The notes: a model not told the origin generated them from the letters alone. DNA of 32,000 nt from Nitratidesulfovibrio vulgaris str. Hildenborough (GCF_000195755.1 NC_002937.3:3538859-3570858); one strand, 5' to 3'. Shown: positions 9,620 through 19,123, counted from the stretch's first letter. Program-made: numbers and translations.

Positions 9620-11200
9620 TCACTCTGTCAACGCGACAGCCTCATCACCCGACGCCCGTAGCGGCGGTGCCGTGACTCCCGAAAGGTCGTGGCTTGCCGA
9701 GGCAATGGTGGAACGGATGCCACCAAGTCCGAGAAGTGTATGATAGATGAAGTCATGCGTGACCGGTGTCCCGCGCACACGACGCAATCTGGCGACCACA
9801 TCGGGGCGGCTCTTTTCGTATACGTCACTGTACCACAGGAAAAGAGGGACCTCGTACTGTTCATCGGCCACCTTCTTCGTCCCGTGGAAGAAGACACCGT
9901 TCTCACCCAATGACTCGCCATGATCTGACGTATACAGAACGACGGCATTGCGGTCGCGCAGCACATCGATCGTCTCTGCGATCATCGCATCGGTCTTCAC
10001 GATGCTGTTGTCATAGGCATTAATGACATTCGCGATGTCGCGCGGCATCGCCTCATTACTATACGTATCGGGCATGAAGCGACGATGTTCCGCCGCGTAC
10101 TGCTGGTTGTATGAAAAGTGCGACCCCTGCGTATGGAGCACGACAAGTTTGCCCCCTGCATTTGCCACGAACGCCTGCAGGCGGGTCACAAGATCCCGGT
10201 CGACGCCCTTGAGGTACTCCACAGTGCCCGCACCTGAGACAAGGGCGTCTGTGAGGTGACCGCTACGACCGAGCCTGTTCTGGCGCGAAAAGAAAGCCGT
10301 ATCGTATCCGTGCTTGTTGAAGAGGCTGATGAAGGAACCATGCCGGGGCGTCCTGTCTTCAATGGTGGCATCGGTCAGTATGCCGATGAGGGAAATCCTC
10401 GTCGTGTTCGCAAACGACCGGCAGACCCCGTAATTGATGATGTTCCTTTCGACAGAAAGACGCGGCGTCGTATCCCGCTCGTAGCCGTTGATGCCAAAAT
10501 GATCGGCGCGGGCGCTTTCACCGATGATGAACACCACCACCGGCTTCTCATGGTCCGGGATAACCAGCGACGAAGCGGCATCCGCCGGGTCTGGCAGCGC
10601 CGCGAGCGTGTCGGACCGGCGCTCTTCCCTGACATACGCCGCAGCAGCCTTGACGACGGAGACGGGAACGATGCGACTCATAGAAAGCGCTTCATAGGAT
10701 GCCTTGCCGCCAAGATGCTTGAACGCGGCACGTCCCCCCTCGGCACTTACGAGTGCACACAGCAAAAGCAGTCCTGCCATCGCCGCATACCGCCTTCCGG
10801 CGAGACTCGCCCTGAATGACTGCGAGAGAGAGCTGTGGACAAGGCTGACCGCTATCCCTGCGCACAGCAACAGAAAGAGCGGCCATGTGACAAAACTATC
10901 GACTTCCGCCCGGTTGGTTTCAAGCAACCATGCCAGCGTGTCGTAGCTCATCGACACGTCGAACAGTGTGTAGAAATAGGTGAGGGCACACCCCGCAACG
11001 TGGAGAAAGAGGAAATATCCCCAGCGAAGTCCGGGAATACCCCCGAAAGTGACCGCAAGGGCGAGGTGCAGCAACAGCACGGGCACGGCAGCCAGCGGAG
11101 ACACACCGGTCGCATAAAGCTGCGGGTTGTAGCATAGGGCTGCAAGCAGGGAGATGACGACGAACACGACGGAACCGAAGCGGGAACCTCTCATACCCAT
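9620..11200 (-). CDS. Phosphoethanolamine transferase (EptA/sulfatase family, lipid A or LPS-core modification)
   Basis: Track ORF trimmed to ATG 11200, which overlaps the dgkA stop by 1 nt (TGATG). The N-terminal ~170 aa hold multiple TM helices. The periplasmic sulfatase-type domain follows, with VVVFIIGESARADHF, LHTQGSHFSY and YTSDHGESLGENG. Spot G+C counts are 31/60 at 10021-10080 and 33/60 at 10381-10440, versus 43/60 inside ilvD at 6301-6360. Confidence 0.85.
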   Translation of the reverse strand: MGMRGSRFGSVVFVVISLLAALCYNPQLYATGVSPLAAVPVLLLHLALAVTFGGIPGLRWGYFLFLHVAGCALTYFYTLFDVSMSYDTLAWLLETNRAEVDSFVTWPLFLLLCAGIAVSLVHSSLSQSFRASLAGRRYAAMAGLLLLCALVSAEGGRAAFKHLGGKASYEALSMSRIVPVSVVKAAAAYVREERRSDTLAALPDPADAASSLVIPDHEKPVVVFIIGESARADHFGINGYERDTTPRLSVERNIINYGVCRSFANTTRISLIGILTDATIEDRTPRHGSFISLFNKHGYDTAFFSRQNRLGRSGHLTDALVSGAGTVEYLKGVDRDLVTRLQAFVANAGGKLVVLHTQGSHFSYNQQYAAEHRRFMPDTYSNEAMPRDIANVINAYDNSIVKTDAMIAETIDVLRDRNAVVLYTSDHGESLGENGVFFHGTKKVADEQYEVPLFLWYSDVYEKSRPDVVARLRRVRGTPVTHDFIYHTLLGLGGIRSTIASASHDLSGVTAPPLRASGDEAVALTE

Positions 11201-11574
11201 CACCCCAGCAGCACACACAGCCAGACGACAGCCGCAAGACACATGGCGACGAAGACGGCACCGGACCCGATGTCCTTGACCTGCCCGGAGAGGGGGTGCC
11301 ACTCGGTACCCACCCTGTCCGTGAGCGACTCCACGGCCGTATTCAGCAACTCGACGATGATGACGAGAACCCAGCTGCCGATGAGCAGCGCCTTTTCCAC
11401 TCCCGTATCACCCAGCAGCAGGGCAAGGACGACAGCGGGCACCAGCACGAGAAGTTCGTCCTGGACGGCGGCCTCGTGGCGCACCACGGTATTCAGCCCC
11501 TTCATCGAATAATGGAAGGCGTTGATGATACGACGGCAGCGCGCGGCAAGACCGTTGGGAAAGGCTTCGGACAT
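11200..11574 (-). CDS. dgkA: Diacylglycerol kinase (DgkA family, small integral membrane kinase)
   Basis: Product MSEAFPNGLAARCRRIINAFHYSMKGLNTVVRHEAAVQDELL...VELLNTAVESLTDRV is DgkA-like, with three TM helices. I prefer ATG 11574 (AGGA 8 nt upstream) over the track start GTG 11592 or ATG 11583. Confidence 0.85.
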   Translation of the reverse strand: MSEAFPNGLAARCRRIINAFHYSMKGLNTVVRHEAAVQDELLVLVPAVVLALLLGDTGVEKALLIGSWVLVIIVELLNTAVESLTDRVGTEWHPLSGQVKDIGSGAVFVAMCLAAVVWLCVLLG

Positions 11575-11676
11575 GGGGAACATCCTTTTCACTGTGCTGT
11601 ACGTGCCAGACCGGAACGGGGTGAGAGACGTTTCGCGGGCATCGGTCGCGCACCTATGCCCGTGACAGGCGCGCCA

Positions 11677-12138
11677 CTATACCTTGCAGACGTCGACCCA
11701 GACGCCATCCGTCACGCGCTCAAGGTCTGCCAGCGTGATGCATACCGCGTTATTGGATGCGCCCGCAGCCGGGTACACGGGGTCGAACGCCCGAAGACTT
11801 GCATCGAGGTATACCTTCACCCCCTCATTGAGGGCGAAGGGGCAGACTCCGCCCACGGGATGCCCGACAAGGGTCGGCACGTCGTCGCCCTGAATGAAAC
11901 GGGCCTTCTCGTGGAAGGTATCCTTGAACTTGCGGTTGTCGATGCGGGCCGTCCCCATGGCCACGATGACCACCGGGCCTTCCGCCGTATGCAGCGAAAG
12001 GGTCTTGGCGATGCGCCCCGGTTCGCACCCGGCCGCCAGCGCCGCCAGTTCGACGGTGGCGCTGGACGTGGCGAATTCCCTGTAGCCTTCCAGAACGTGG
12101 TGCTCTGCAAGCACCCTCTTCACGTCCTCTACACGCAT
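11677..12138 (-). CDS. YbaK/EbsC-type aminoacyl-tRNA editing deacylase (Cys-tRNA(Pro) deacylase-like)
   Basis: Track ORF of 309 aa trimmed to ATG 12138, which has a strong AAGGAG 6 nt upstream. The 153-aa product MRVEDVKRVLAEHHVLEGYREF...KTLSL...GHPVGGVCPFAL fits the YbaK/ProX editing-domain pattern. The 156-codon N-terminal extension is Cys/Pro/Arg-rich junk. Confidence 0.8.
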   Translation of the reverse strand: MRVEDVKRVLAEHHVLEGYREFATSSATVELAALAAGCEPGRIAKTLSLHTAEGPVVIVAMGTARIDNRKFKDTFHEKARFIQGDDVPTLVGHPVGGVCPFALNEGVKVYLDASLRAFDPVYPAAGASNNAVCITLADLERVTDGVWVDVCKV

Positions 12139-12547
12139 GGCGACTCCTTGACATCCTATCCCCGAGGGGATGGACGGACACATATCGAAAGGGTGTTCCA
12201 TAGGTTCCAGTCCGTTCGCTGTCAAACGCCATGGCATGGCAACCCTGCCGGACGACGAGAGCGAGGCGTGCGCCCGGTCGGTGAAGGGCGCGAGAAGATG
12301 ACGAAAGGGAGAGGATGCCCAGATTGAAGTACGCCAGCAGGGGGGCGGAAGAAAACAGACAGGAGACGGGAGACCGGCCATGACGCCGCCGCGCCATGGA
12401 AGACCGTGAGACCTCGACCGGCAAGGAAACCTCGACAAGATGGGAGACTCGCACGGTGCCATGCCGTGCCGCATGGCTTCACACGTCGCGGCCCCGTCCC
12501 TGCACAGGGGAGGGGACAATCCGGTGTTGCAGGGGGTCTCGCCAGCC

Positions 12548-12580
12548 AAGGGCCGTGCGCTGACGAAGCGCACGGCCCTT
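12548..12580 (-). terminator. Hairpin downstream of nrdJ (candidate terminator)
   Basis: Perfect 13-bp inverted repeat AAGGGCCGTGCGC / GCGCACGGCCCTT with a 7-nt loop, 38 nt after the nrdJ stop. On the minus strand only a short CTT-GG tail follows, so there is no real U-tract. Confidence 0.5.
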
Positions 12581-12618
12581 GCCGGACATGGAAGAACAGA
12601 GTTCAACGGCGCGCGAGG

Positions 12619-14889
12619 CTACCCGCACTTGGTGAAGCTGCAGGCGGGGCAGATGTGGCACCCCTCCTGAAAGACCAGTTCGCTGCCACATTCGGGGCAA
12701 CGCTGTCTTTCAAGGTCCGACCCGCCATGAACGGGAACGGAACCTTGCAGGTAGCGGGTTTCGAGCACCCACGCGATGGCATCGGGAATGGAGAGCAACA
12801 GCCCCTTCTTCTGGAAGACGGGATGCTCACCGCCGATGCCCTTGAGTTGCGTCACGATGTCGCGCACGCCCACGCCGGAACGCAGGGCCAGCGAGACAAG
12901 ACGGCCGATGGCCTCGGCCTTGGCGGTGATGGAACGGCCCGACTTGCCGATGGTGGCGAACACTTCGAAGGGTTTGCCGTCGGTCTCGTTGACGGTGAGG
13001 TACATGGCCCCCAGCCCCGTGGGCACCTTCTGGGTGAAACCGTACACCACGTCGGGACGCTGGCGCACCACGCCCTTGCCCTCGGCTTCACCTTCGGCCT
13101 TCTTCTCGCCGTCGCCGGTGCAGAGCACCTGCACCGACTTGCAGCCGTCGCGGTACACGGTGACGCCCTTGCAGCCTTCCTCATAGGCCATCCAGTAGAT
13201 GTTGCGGATGTCCTCGATGGTGGCATTGTTGGGCAGGTTCACGGTCTTGGAGACGGCATTGTCGGTGTACTGCTGGAAGGCCGCCTGCATCTTGAGATGC
13301 CAGACCGGTTCGATGTCCATGGCGGTGACGAAGACCCGGCGCATCGCCTCGGGCAGATGGTCCATACCGTGGATGGAACCCTTGGACGCCACGGTCTCCA
13401 TGAGACGCGGGCTATGGCAGCCCTCGGCCCTGGCAGCCGCCTCGAAATGCGGGTTCACCTCGACGAGGCGCTCGCCATCCATGACGTGCCGGGCGAACGA
13501 GAGCGCGAACAGGGGTTCGATGCCCGAAGAGCATCCGGCGAGGATGGAGAGGGTTCCCGTGGGGGCGATGGTGGTCACGGTGGCGTTGCGGTAGGGGCCG
13601 AGGTCGCGTTCGGCGAAGGTCGATGCGGGGTAGGCCGGGAAAGGACCACGTTCCTTGGCAAGCTGCTTCGAGGCGGCGCGCCCCTCGTCGCGGACGAAGG
13701 CCATCATGCGTTCGCCAAGATGCAGGGCCTCGGGGCTGTCGTAGGCGATGCGCAACTGGAAGAGCAGGTCGGCCCAACCCATGACGCCAAGACCTATCTT
13801 GCGGTTCTGGTGCACACGTTCTGTGATGCGCTCGAGCGGGAAGCGCGAAGCGTCGATCACGTTGTCGAGAAAACGCACCCCGAGATGGATGACGCGCTTC
13901 AGCGCCTTCCAGTCCACGCCCTTGTCGGCGGGGTTGGGGTCGTTCTCGTGACCGGGGATGAAGAAGGCGGAAAGGTTCACCGAACCGAGGTTGCACGCCT
14001 CGTAGGGCAGCAGGGGCTGTTCGCCGCAGGGGTTGGTCGATTCGATCTCGCCCTGGTCGGGAGTGGGGTTGTCACGGTTGATGCGGTCGATGAAGACGAT
14101 GCCGGGGTCTCCGCTCTCCCACGCCTTGCGTACCAGCAGTTCGAACACCTCTCGTGCCTTGAGCCGCCCCTTCTCCAGCCCGGAGTGCGGCGCGATGAGG
14201 GGATAGTCCTCGTCGTTCTCCACCGCCTGCATGAAGGCTTCGGTCAGCGCCACTGAAAGATTGAAGTTGTTGAACTCGCCATCGCGCTCCTTGGCGCGGA
14301 TGAAGTCCATGATGTCGGGATGGTCGATGCGCAGGATGCCCATGTTGGCGCCGCGCCGCGTCCCGCCCTGTTTGATCTGCTCGGTGGCGGTGTTGAAGAT
14401 GCGCAGGAAGGAGATGGGGCCCGAAGCCACACCGCCAGTGGAACCCACTCGGCTCTCCTTGGGGCGCAGGCGCGAGAACGAAAAACCGGTGCCACCACCG
14501 GACTTGTGGATCATGGCCGCGTGTTTGACCGCGTCGAAAATCTCCTCGATGGAGTCGCCCACAGGCAACACGAAGCAGGCGGAAAGCTGCCCGAGGTCGG
14601 TGCCTGCGTTCATGAGCGTGGGCGAGTTGGGCAGAAAGCGCCACCCGGTCATGAGGTCGTAGAATTCACGAGCGAGGTCTTCGTGCTTCCATGTGGAAGC
14701 CTCGTACTTGGTCTCTTCGGCGGCGATGGCGGAGGCGACACGCCAGAACATGTCACGGGCGTCTTCAAGCTGTTCGCCCGAAGCCCCCTTGCGGTAGTAA
14801 CGCTTGGCAAGCACAACGGCAGCGTTGGGGTTCAGGGCCACATCGGGAAGGTCGGCAGGCGCGGGGAGCAGTCTTTCAGCCATGTTCAT
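12619..14889 (-). CDS. nrdJ: Adenosylcobalamin-dependent (class II) ribonucleotide reductase
   Basis: The long ORF has the RNR fold signature STNPCGEQPLLPYEACNLGSVNL plus LAKRYY, FLPNSPTLMNAG and KTVNLP. The C-terminus is a zinc ribbon, CPECG-x11-CxxCPxC. The start is uncertain: ATG 14889 (MNMAERLL), 14883 or 14925. The track start 15087 has no support. Confidence 0.9.
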   Translation of the reverse strand: MNMAERLLPAPADLPDVALNPNAAVVLAKRYYRKGASGEQLEDARDMFWRVASAIAAEETKYEASTWKHEDLAREFYDLMTGWRFLPNSPTLMNAGTDLGQLSACFVLPVGDSIEEIFDAVKHAAMIHKSGGGTGFSFSRLRPKESRVGSTGGVASGPISFLRIFNTATEQIKQGGTRRGANMGILRIDHPDIMDFIRAKERDGEFNNFNLSVALTEAFMQAVENDEDYPLIAPHSGLEKGRLKAREVFELLVRKAWESGDPGIVFIDRINRDNPTPDQGEIESTNPCGEQPLLPYEACNLGSVNLSAFFIPGHENDPNPADKGVDWKALKRVIHLGVRFLDNVIDASRFPLERITERVHQNRKIGLGVMGWADLLFQLRIAYDSPEALHLGERMMAFVRDEGRAASKQLAKERGPFPAYPASTFAERDLGPYRNATVTTIAPTGTLSILAGCSSGIEPLFALSFARHVMDGERLVEVNPHFEAAARAEGCHSPRLMETVASKGSIHGMDHLPEAMRRVFVTAMDIEPVWHLKMQAAFQQYTDNAVSKTVNLPNNATIEDIRNIYWMAYEEGCKGVTVYRDGCKSVQVLCTGDGEKKAEGEAEGKGVVRQRPDVVYGFTQKVPTGLGAMYLTVNETDGKPFEVFATIGKSGRSITAKAEAIGRLVSLALRSGVGVRDIVTQLKGIGGEHPVFQKKGLLLSIPDAIAWVLETRYLQGSVPVHGGSDLERQRCPECGSELVFQEGCHICPACSFTKCG

Positions 14890-15084
14890 TCCATTCGTGT
14901 CTTTCAGTTGTTTGATTTTATTCATTTTATCAAAAACTGCCCCAACGGGCACAGGCCAGCACACTAGCCTACCCAAGCCGAAAAAGCCACCGCCCCCGAA
15001 AACCGCAGGCCAACTCGACAACCGCCGAAAAGCCTTGCCAGACCTGCTCTCCCGACCGCTGCCACTATTCGTGCCCATTCCTGA

Positions 15085-15135
15085 CAATTTTATAATATAG
15101 TAAAATAAAAGAGACTATTTTTTTACTTTTGTTCC
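15085..15135 (-). promoter_or_regulatory. AT-rich island, probable nrdJ promoter/operator region
   Basis: The ~50-bp stretch caattttataatatagtaaaataaaagagactatttttttactttt sits in otherwise ~65% GC DNA, about 200 nt upstream of the nrdJ start. Several TATAAT-like hexamers occur on the minus strand (TATATT, TATAAA, TAAAAT). An imperfect 20-bp palindrome ATTTTATAATATAGTAAAAT matches at 16/20 positions. Confidence 0.35.
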
Positions 15136-15138
15136 GCT

Positions 15139-15167
15139 CACCGCAAGCGCACCGCAACCACCGCAGC
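15139..15167. repeat. Three direct CACCGCA repeats next to the AT-rich island
   Basis: CACCGCAAG-CG-CACCGCAAC-CACCGCAGC, with copies starting at 15139, 15150 and 15159 (spacing 11 and 9 bp). On the nrdJ strand these read TGCGGTG three times, just upstream of the AT-rich region. Confidence 0.6.
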
Positions 15168-15405
15168 CCCCCGGACGCGCACCACAAGACACCCCGGCAA
15201 TGGCAACAGCCTGAAAGCGGAGACGATAAAGCGATGGGGGCACGGCACGGGCAGGGGCCGCACGCATCCCGGTCTCGCCAGACCGTGTCCGCAACGAACC
15301 TTCCGCAAGCGAAGCCGACACCCGGCGTCCGACCGTGACCGGGCGGCGTGTGTCATTGCCGATACCCTTCGCAAGGGCAACACCGGAGAGGGACGAAGCG
15401 GACAC

Positions 15406-15445
15406 GACAGGGCGCGGCAGGGCGCGACAGGGCGCGGCAGGGCGG
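15406..15445. repeat. Tandem 20-bp duplication (four copies of a 10-bp GRCAGGGCGS unit)
   Basis: GACAGGGCGCGGCAGGGCGC (15406-15425) is followed by GACAGGGCGCGGCAGGGCGG (15426-15445), 19/20 identical. It lies about 50 nt downstream of the zraR stop. Confidence 0.85.
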
Positions 15446-15451
15446 AGATAG

Positions 15452-15491
15452 CCCCGGCAGGTGGCAGGCATCCTCTCGGCTTCTGCCGGGG
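15452..15491 (-). terminator. Hairpin abutting the zraR stop (candidate terminator)
   Basis: 9-bp arms CCCCGGCAG / CTGCCGGGG (15452-15460 / 15483-15491) with a 22-nt loop, directly after the TGA at 15492-15494. There is no U-tract. Confidence 0.35.
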
Positions 15492-16871
15492 TCATTCGAG
15501 GTCGTACTTCTTGAGTTTGTTGTGCAGTGTGGCACGGGTGATGCCGAGACGCCTTGCGGCTTCACTCTTGTTGTCACCCGTCTCGCGCAGGGTGGCGACG
15601 ATGGCGCGACGCTCGAGGTCTTCCAGTGAGAGACCGGCGTAGGGGTCCTGACCGGTGGGCAGTGCGGCATCGGCGACGGCTGGGTCGGCGCCCCCCGCCC
15701 CGCGCAGGGACATGGGCAGTTCACGTTCGCCGACCCAGTCACCCGTGGCCATGATGACAGCCCTCTCCACGGCGTTCTCGAGTTCACGCACGTTACCCGG
15801 CCACGGGTGCTTGAGCAGCATGTCCATGGCCTGCGGGGTGAAACCCTTGAGGTGCTTGCGGTTGCGTTCCGCGTAACGGTCGAGGAAATGCGCCGCCAGC
15901 AGGGGGATGTCATCGGGCCGTTCACGCAGCGCGGGCATATGGATGCCGATGACATTGAGGCGATAGAACAGGTCTTCGCGAAAGCGCCCGGCGGCCACCT
16001 CTTCGCGCAGGTCGCGGTTGGTGGCGGCAAGAAGCCGCACGTCCACCGTCAGCGGAACGTCGCTGCCCACGCGCTGTATCTCTCCCTGTTGCAGCGCCCG
16101 CAGCAGTTTGGCCTGCAACAGCAGCGGCAGTTCGCCTATCTCGTCGAGGAAGAGTGTACCTCCGTCGGCCTGCACGAATCGCCCGTCACGGCGCTTGTCG
16201 GCCCCGGTGAAGGCTCCCCGCTCATGCCCGAACAACTCCGACTCGAGGAGCGACTCGGAGAGTGCTGCGCAGTTCACCGTCACCAGTTGCTTTGCGCTGC
16301 GACGGCTGCCCTCGTGAAGCGACCTTGCCACCAGTTCCTTGCCTGTTCCCGACTCTCCGGTGATGAGCACCGTGGCCTCGGACGGCGCGACGGTGGCGAC
16401 GAGTTCGGCCAGCTCACGCATGGGTGCACTGCGCCCGATGATGCCCGGTGCCCGTGCCGCGTCGTCGAGGCGGCTCTTCAGCTCACGGTTCTCGGACACG
16501 AGGCGGGTATGGTCGAGGGCGCGCTCGAGGGTATGGCGCAGCACATCGAAGTCCAGCGGCTTGGTCAGGTAGTCGTAGGCCCCGAGCCGCAGAGCCTCCA
16601 CGGCCGTCTCCACAGAGGAGTATGCCGTCATGATGAGAACGGGCACGGCGGGGTTGTACTCCACGATGCGCCGCAACGCCTCGATACCGCCCATGCGGGC
16701 CATGCGCACATCCATGAGCACCGCATCGCGGGCCTTTTCGCGCACCTTCTCGACGGCGGTCTCGCCGTCGTCGGCCTCGTCAGTGGCATAGCCCCAGCCG
16801 CGCAGCATGGTACGCAGCATGGTGCGGTGAGCCACATCGTCATCCACGATGAGAACGGTCACGTCGCTCAT
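15492..16871 (-). CDS. zraR: Sigma-54-dependent response regulator (NtrC/ZraR family enhancer-binding protein)
   Basis: 459 aa. The receiver domain reads [11 protein letters not shown]...[11 protein letters not shown]. The AAA+ domain has Walker A GESGTGKE and the sigma-54 contact loop [15 protein letters not shown]-terminal Fis-type HTH ([23 protein letters not shown]) follows. The start lies 1 nt after the kinase stop (TAGCATG). The symbol is assigned from context with the zraP-like gene. Confidence 0.85.
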   Translation of the reverse strand: MSDVTVLIVDDDVAHRTMLRTMLRGWGYATDEADDGETAVEKVREKARDAVLMDVRMARMGGIEALRRIVEYNPAVPVLIMTAYSSVETAVEALRLGAYDYLTKPLDFDVLRHTLERALDHTRLVSENRELKSRLDDAARAPGIIGRSAPMRELAELVATVAPSEATVLITGESGTGKELVARSLHEGSRRSAKQLVTVNCAALSESLLESELFGHERGAFTGADKRRDGRFVQADGGTLFLDEIGELPLLLQAKLLRALQQGEIQRVGSDVPLTVDVRLLAATNRDLREEVAAGRFREDLFYRLNVIGIHMPALRERPDDIPLLAAHFLDRYAERNRKHLKGFTPQAMDMLLKHPWPGNVRELENAVERAVIMATGDWVGERELPMSLRGAGGADPAVADAALPTGQDPYAGLSLEDLERRAIVATLRETGDNKSEAARRLGITRATLHNKLKKYDLE

Positions 16872-16872
16872 G

Positions 16873-18912
16873 CTACTCCCCCTTGTCCGTGTCTTGATCG
16901 GATGTGCCCGCTAATATGCCCGCGGATGTCGCCGCACGGGGCTGACCCGCGCCTGCCGCATCGGCCCGGATGTCCGGTGTCGCCCCTGCATGGACAGCGG
17001 GCAGTATGAAGGTGCACTCGGTGCCGTGCCCCGGTTCGGAGCGGAAGCCCACCTCGCCCCCATGGGCTTCGATGATCTTGTGGACGATGGCGAGGCCAAG
17101 GCCCGTGCCCTGTCCCTTGGTCGTGAAATAGGGGTCGAAGACCCGCGACAGGTTCTCCGGTGAGATGCCCGGCCCGGTGTCGCGCACCGACACCGCGACC
17201 CTGCCATCACCGTGGCGATACGCCGTCACCATAAGCTCACCCCCGTCTCCCATGGCTTCCATGCCGTTGAGGCAGACATTGAGCAACGCCTGCGCGAAGC
17301 GGTCGGGGTCCACGAGGGCCTCGGGCACATCCGGCGCGGCCTCGAAACGCACGGCGACCTTGCGGGCCTCGGCATCCGGACGTACCAGTCGCAAGGCGTG
17401 GTCGACGATGTCCGCCACACGGGTGGGCCGGGGCCGGATGTCGGAAGGACGCGACAGGCCGATGAGGTCGGAGATGACGCGGTTGAGCCTGTCGACCTCC
17501 TGCACCATGACGCGGGCGGCCTCACGGTCGTCGCTGCCTTCAGGGAAGCGCGTACCGAAGTAGGTGGCGTAGCCCTTTATCGAACTGAGCGGGTTGCGTA
17601 TCTCGTGCGCGACGCCAGCGGCGAGGTTACCCACGGCTGCAAGCTTCTCGCGCCTGCGCACTTCCGCCTCGAGGTGCCGCACCTCGCTGAGGTCGCGCAA
17701 CAGCAGGATGACACCCACAGCACGGCCTTCATCGTCCACGATGCGCGCGCCCCGCACGCCCAGTGGTACGCTCGTTCCGTCGGCACGGCGGCACTCCACT
17801 TCGGTGGGGGCGAGAACACCGCCACCGAGAAGATACGCGGCCATGGCATCAAGCGGGGCAGGAAGCCATGACGCGCCCTGTCCCAGTGCGGACGAAGCGC
17901 CGACACCCAGCAGGTCGGCCCCGGCTGCGTTGCATTCGTCGATGCGCCCTTCGCGGTCGAAGGCCACAAGCCCGTCAGGCAGGCTCGACACCACCTTGGC
18001 CGCGAACGCCTGCGACGCCATCAGCCGACGCCGTGCCGCCTGTTCACGTCGTGACCACACCAGCGACAGGACCCCGGCGACAGCTACGCCACCAGCCAGT
18101 GCCAGCATGAGCAGGGCATGGTTGCGGTCCTGCGCGCGCGCCTCGGCAAAGGGCTGCATATCCAGCCCCACGAGGATGACCGGAGGAGGGCCCTGCGGGC
18201 TTCGCATGCACGAGGCGTCGAACCCGCCGTGCATCCCGTGGCCGCCATGTTCACGCCTGCCGGTGTCTCCGCGACCATCTTCCGGCAAGGGGAGGCTTCC
18301 CGGAAAGGGGGAGAGGCCTTCTTGCCGTTCGCGCCATCTGGCGAAACGCTCCGCCCGTGAACGCGGCCGCTGGTCGTCGGGATGCTCCAGCCTTGCATCG
18401 TCTGGCGGAGGCGGGGCCATGCGCCCGCCTTCGGGTATGAACATGGCACGGCGGCGCACCGGGTCGAACAGGCGAAAGACCACGAAATCGTCCCCACCGT
18501 CACCGGGCAGGAGCGTCCAGCGGGGTTCTGTCCCGGCATCCAGCCTCTGAAGTTCGTCAGGGTTGAACAGGCGTGTGCCCACGCGGGTCATGTCGCTATG
18601 CGCCAGCACCTCGCCCTCGGGCGAGACCACGGCGATGAAACGGATGTCAGGCTGGTCTGCCATCTCCTCAAGCAGTATCTGCAGGCGCAACCCGGCACTG
18701 TGCCTCATGCCCGTACGTGCTCCCGCTTCGAACGAACGGATGAGCGACGCGCCCTTTTCAGTGAGGATGCGCGTCATGGTCGATGCCGCACCATGATACG
18801 ACCCCAGCAGGACGGCCACGATGCCAGCCACCAGCAAGGCGGCGAGAAGCACCAGCGACCATGGCGAGGCAAGGCGGCTACGCAGACGTTCGAGGACGGT
18901 GGATGGGGTCAT
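16873..18912 (-). CDS. zraS: Sensor histidine kinase (ZraS-like) with large periplasmic domain
   Basis: The start is set to ATG 18912 (AGGAG 5 nt upstream); the track uses GTG 18918. Two TM helices flank a ~225-aa periplasmic domain that ends in a His/Gly patch, [10 protein letters not shown] (nt 18223-18252). A PAS-like segment follows, then the H-box [14 protein letters not shown] and the N/G boxes NGMEAM, DTGPGI and GTGLGLAIV. Confidence 0.85.
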   Translation of the reverse strand: MTPSTVLERLRSRLASPWSLVLLAALLVAGIVAVLLGSYHGAASTMTRILTEKGASLIRSFEAGARTGMRHSAGLRLQILLEEMADQPDIRFIAVVSPEGEVLAHSDMTRVGTRLFNPDELQRLDAGTEPRWTLLPGDGGDDFVVFRLFDPVRRRAMFIPEGGRMAPPPPDDARLEHPDDQRPRSRAERFARWRERQEGLSPFPGSLPLPEDGRGDTGRREHGGHGMHGGFDASCMRSPQGPPPVILVGLDMQPFAEARAQDRNHALLMLALAGGVAVAGVLSLVWSRREQAARRRLMASQAFAAKVVSSLPDGLVAFDREGRIDECNAAGADLLGVGASSALGQGASWLPAPLDAMAAYLLGGGVLAPTEVECRRADGTSVPLGVRGARIVDDEGRAVGVILLLRDLSEVRHLEAEVRRREKLAAVGNLAAGVAHEIRNPLSSIKGYATYFGTRFPEGSDDREAARVMVQEVDRLNRVISDLIGLSRPSDIRPRPTRVADIVDHALRLVRPDAEARKVAVRFEAAPDVPEALVDPDRFAQALLNVCLNGMEAMGDGGELMVTAYRHGDGRVAVSVRDTGPGISPENLSRVFDPYFTTKGQGTGLGLAIVHKIIEAHGGEVGFRSEPGHGTECTFILPAVHAGATPDIRADAAGAGQPRAATSAGILAGTSDQDTDKGE

Positions 18913-19082
18913 GTTCACTCCTGATACCTATGACGATGCCTGAGGGGCCGCAAAAGCCACAGGCCGTGCTGTCTATTTTTCATACACCTTACAGCCTCTG
19001 GCAAGGCCCAGTGGTATCTCGCGAAGAGGGTGTGCATCATGCAACTATTTGCAATCACACGAATCGCTTCTGCGAGCTTCCA

Positions 19083-19123
19083 GCTGCCTTGCCAAGGCAG
19101 CCCATGGTCCACGCCGACCATGG
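19083..19123. repeat. Two abutting perfect palindromes in the zraS-zraP intergenic region
   Basis: GCTGCCTTG-C-CAAGGCAGC (19083-19101) is immediately followed by CCATGGTC-CACGCC-GACCATGG (19102-19123). Confidence 0.8.

Noticed and set aside
12139-12606. 156-codon N-terminal extension of the YbaK-like ORF
   Set aside because: The peptide is Cys/Pro/Arg-rich and nonsensical. A strong AAGGAG precedes the internal ATG 12138, and the YbaK domain is complete from there.
12406-14256. 616-aa plus-strand ORF
   Set aside because: It is antisense to nrdJ, with the same artefact.
15085-15135. NrdR box upstream of nrdJ
   Set aside because: Only half-site resemblance (ACTATAT / ATAGTCT). I could not place two properly spaced 16-bp boxes, so I report it only as an AT-rich operator candidate.
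15406-15445. Possible CRISPR-like or minisatellite array
   Set aside because: There are only two 20-bp units with no spacers, so it is a simple tandem duplication. No CRISPR repeats or cas genes occur anywhere in the window.
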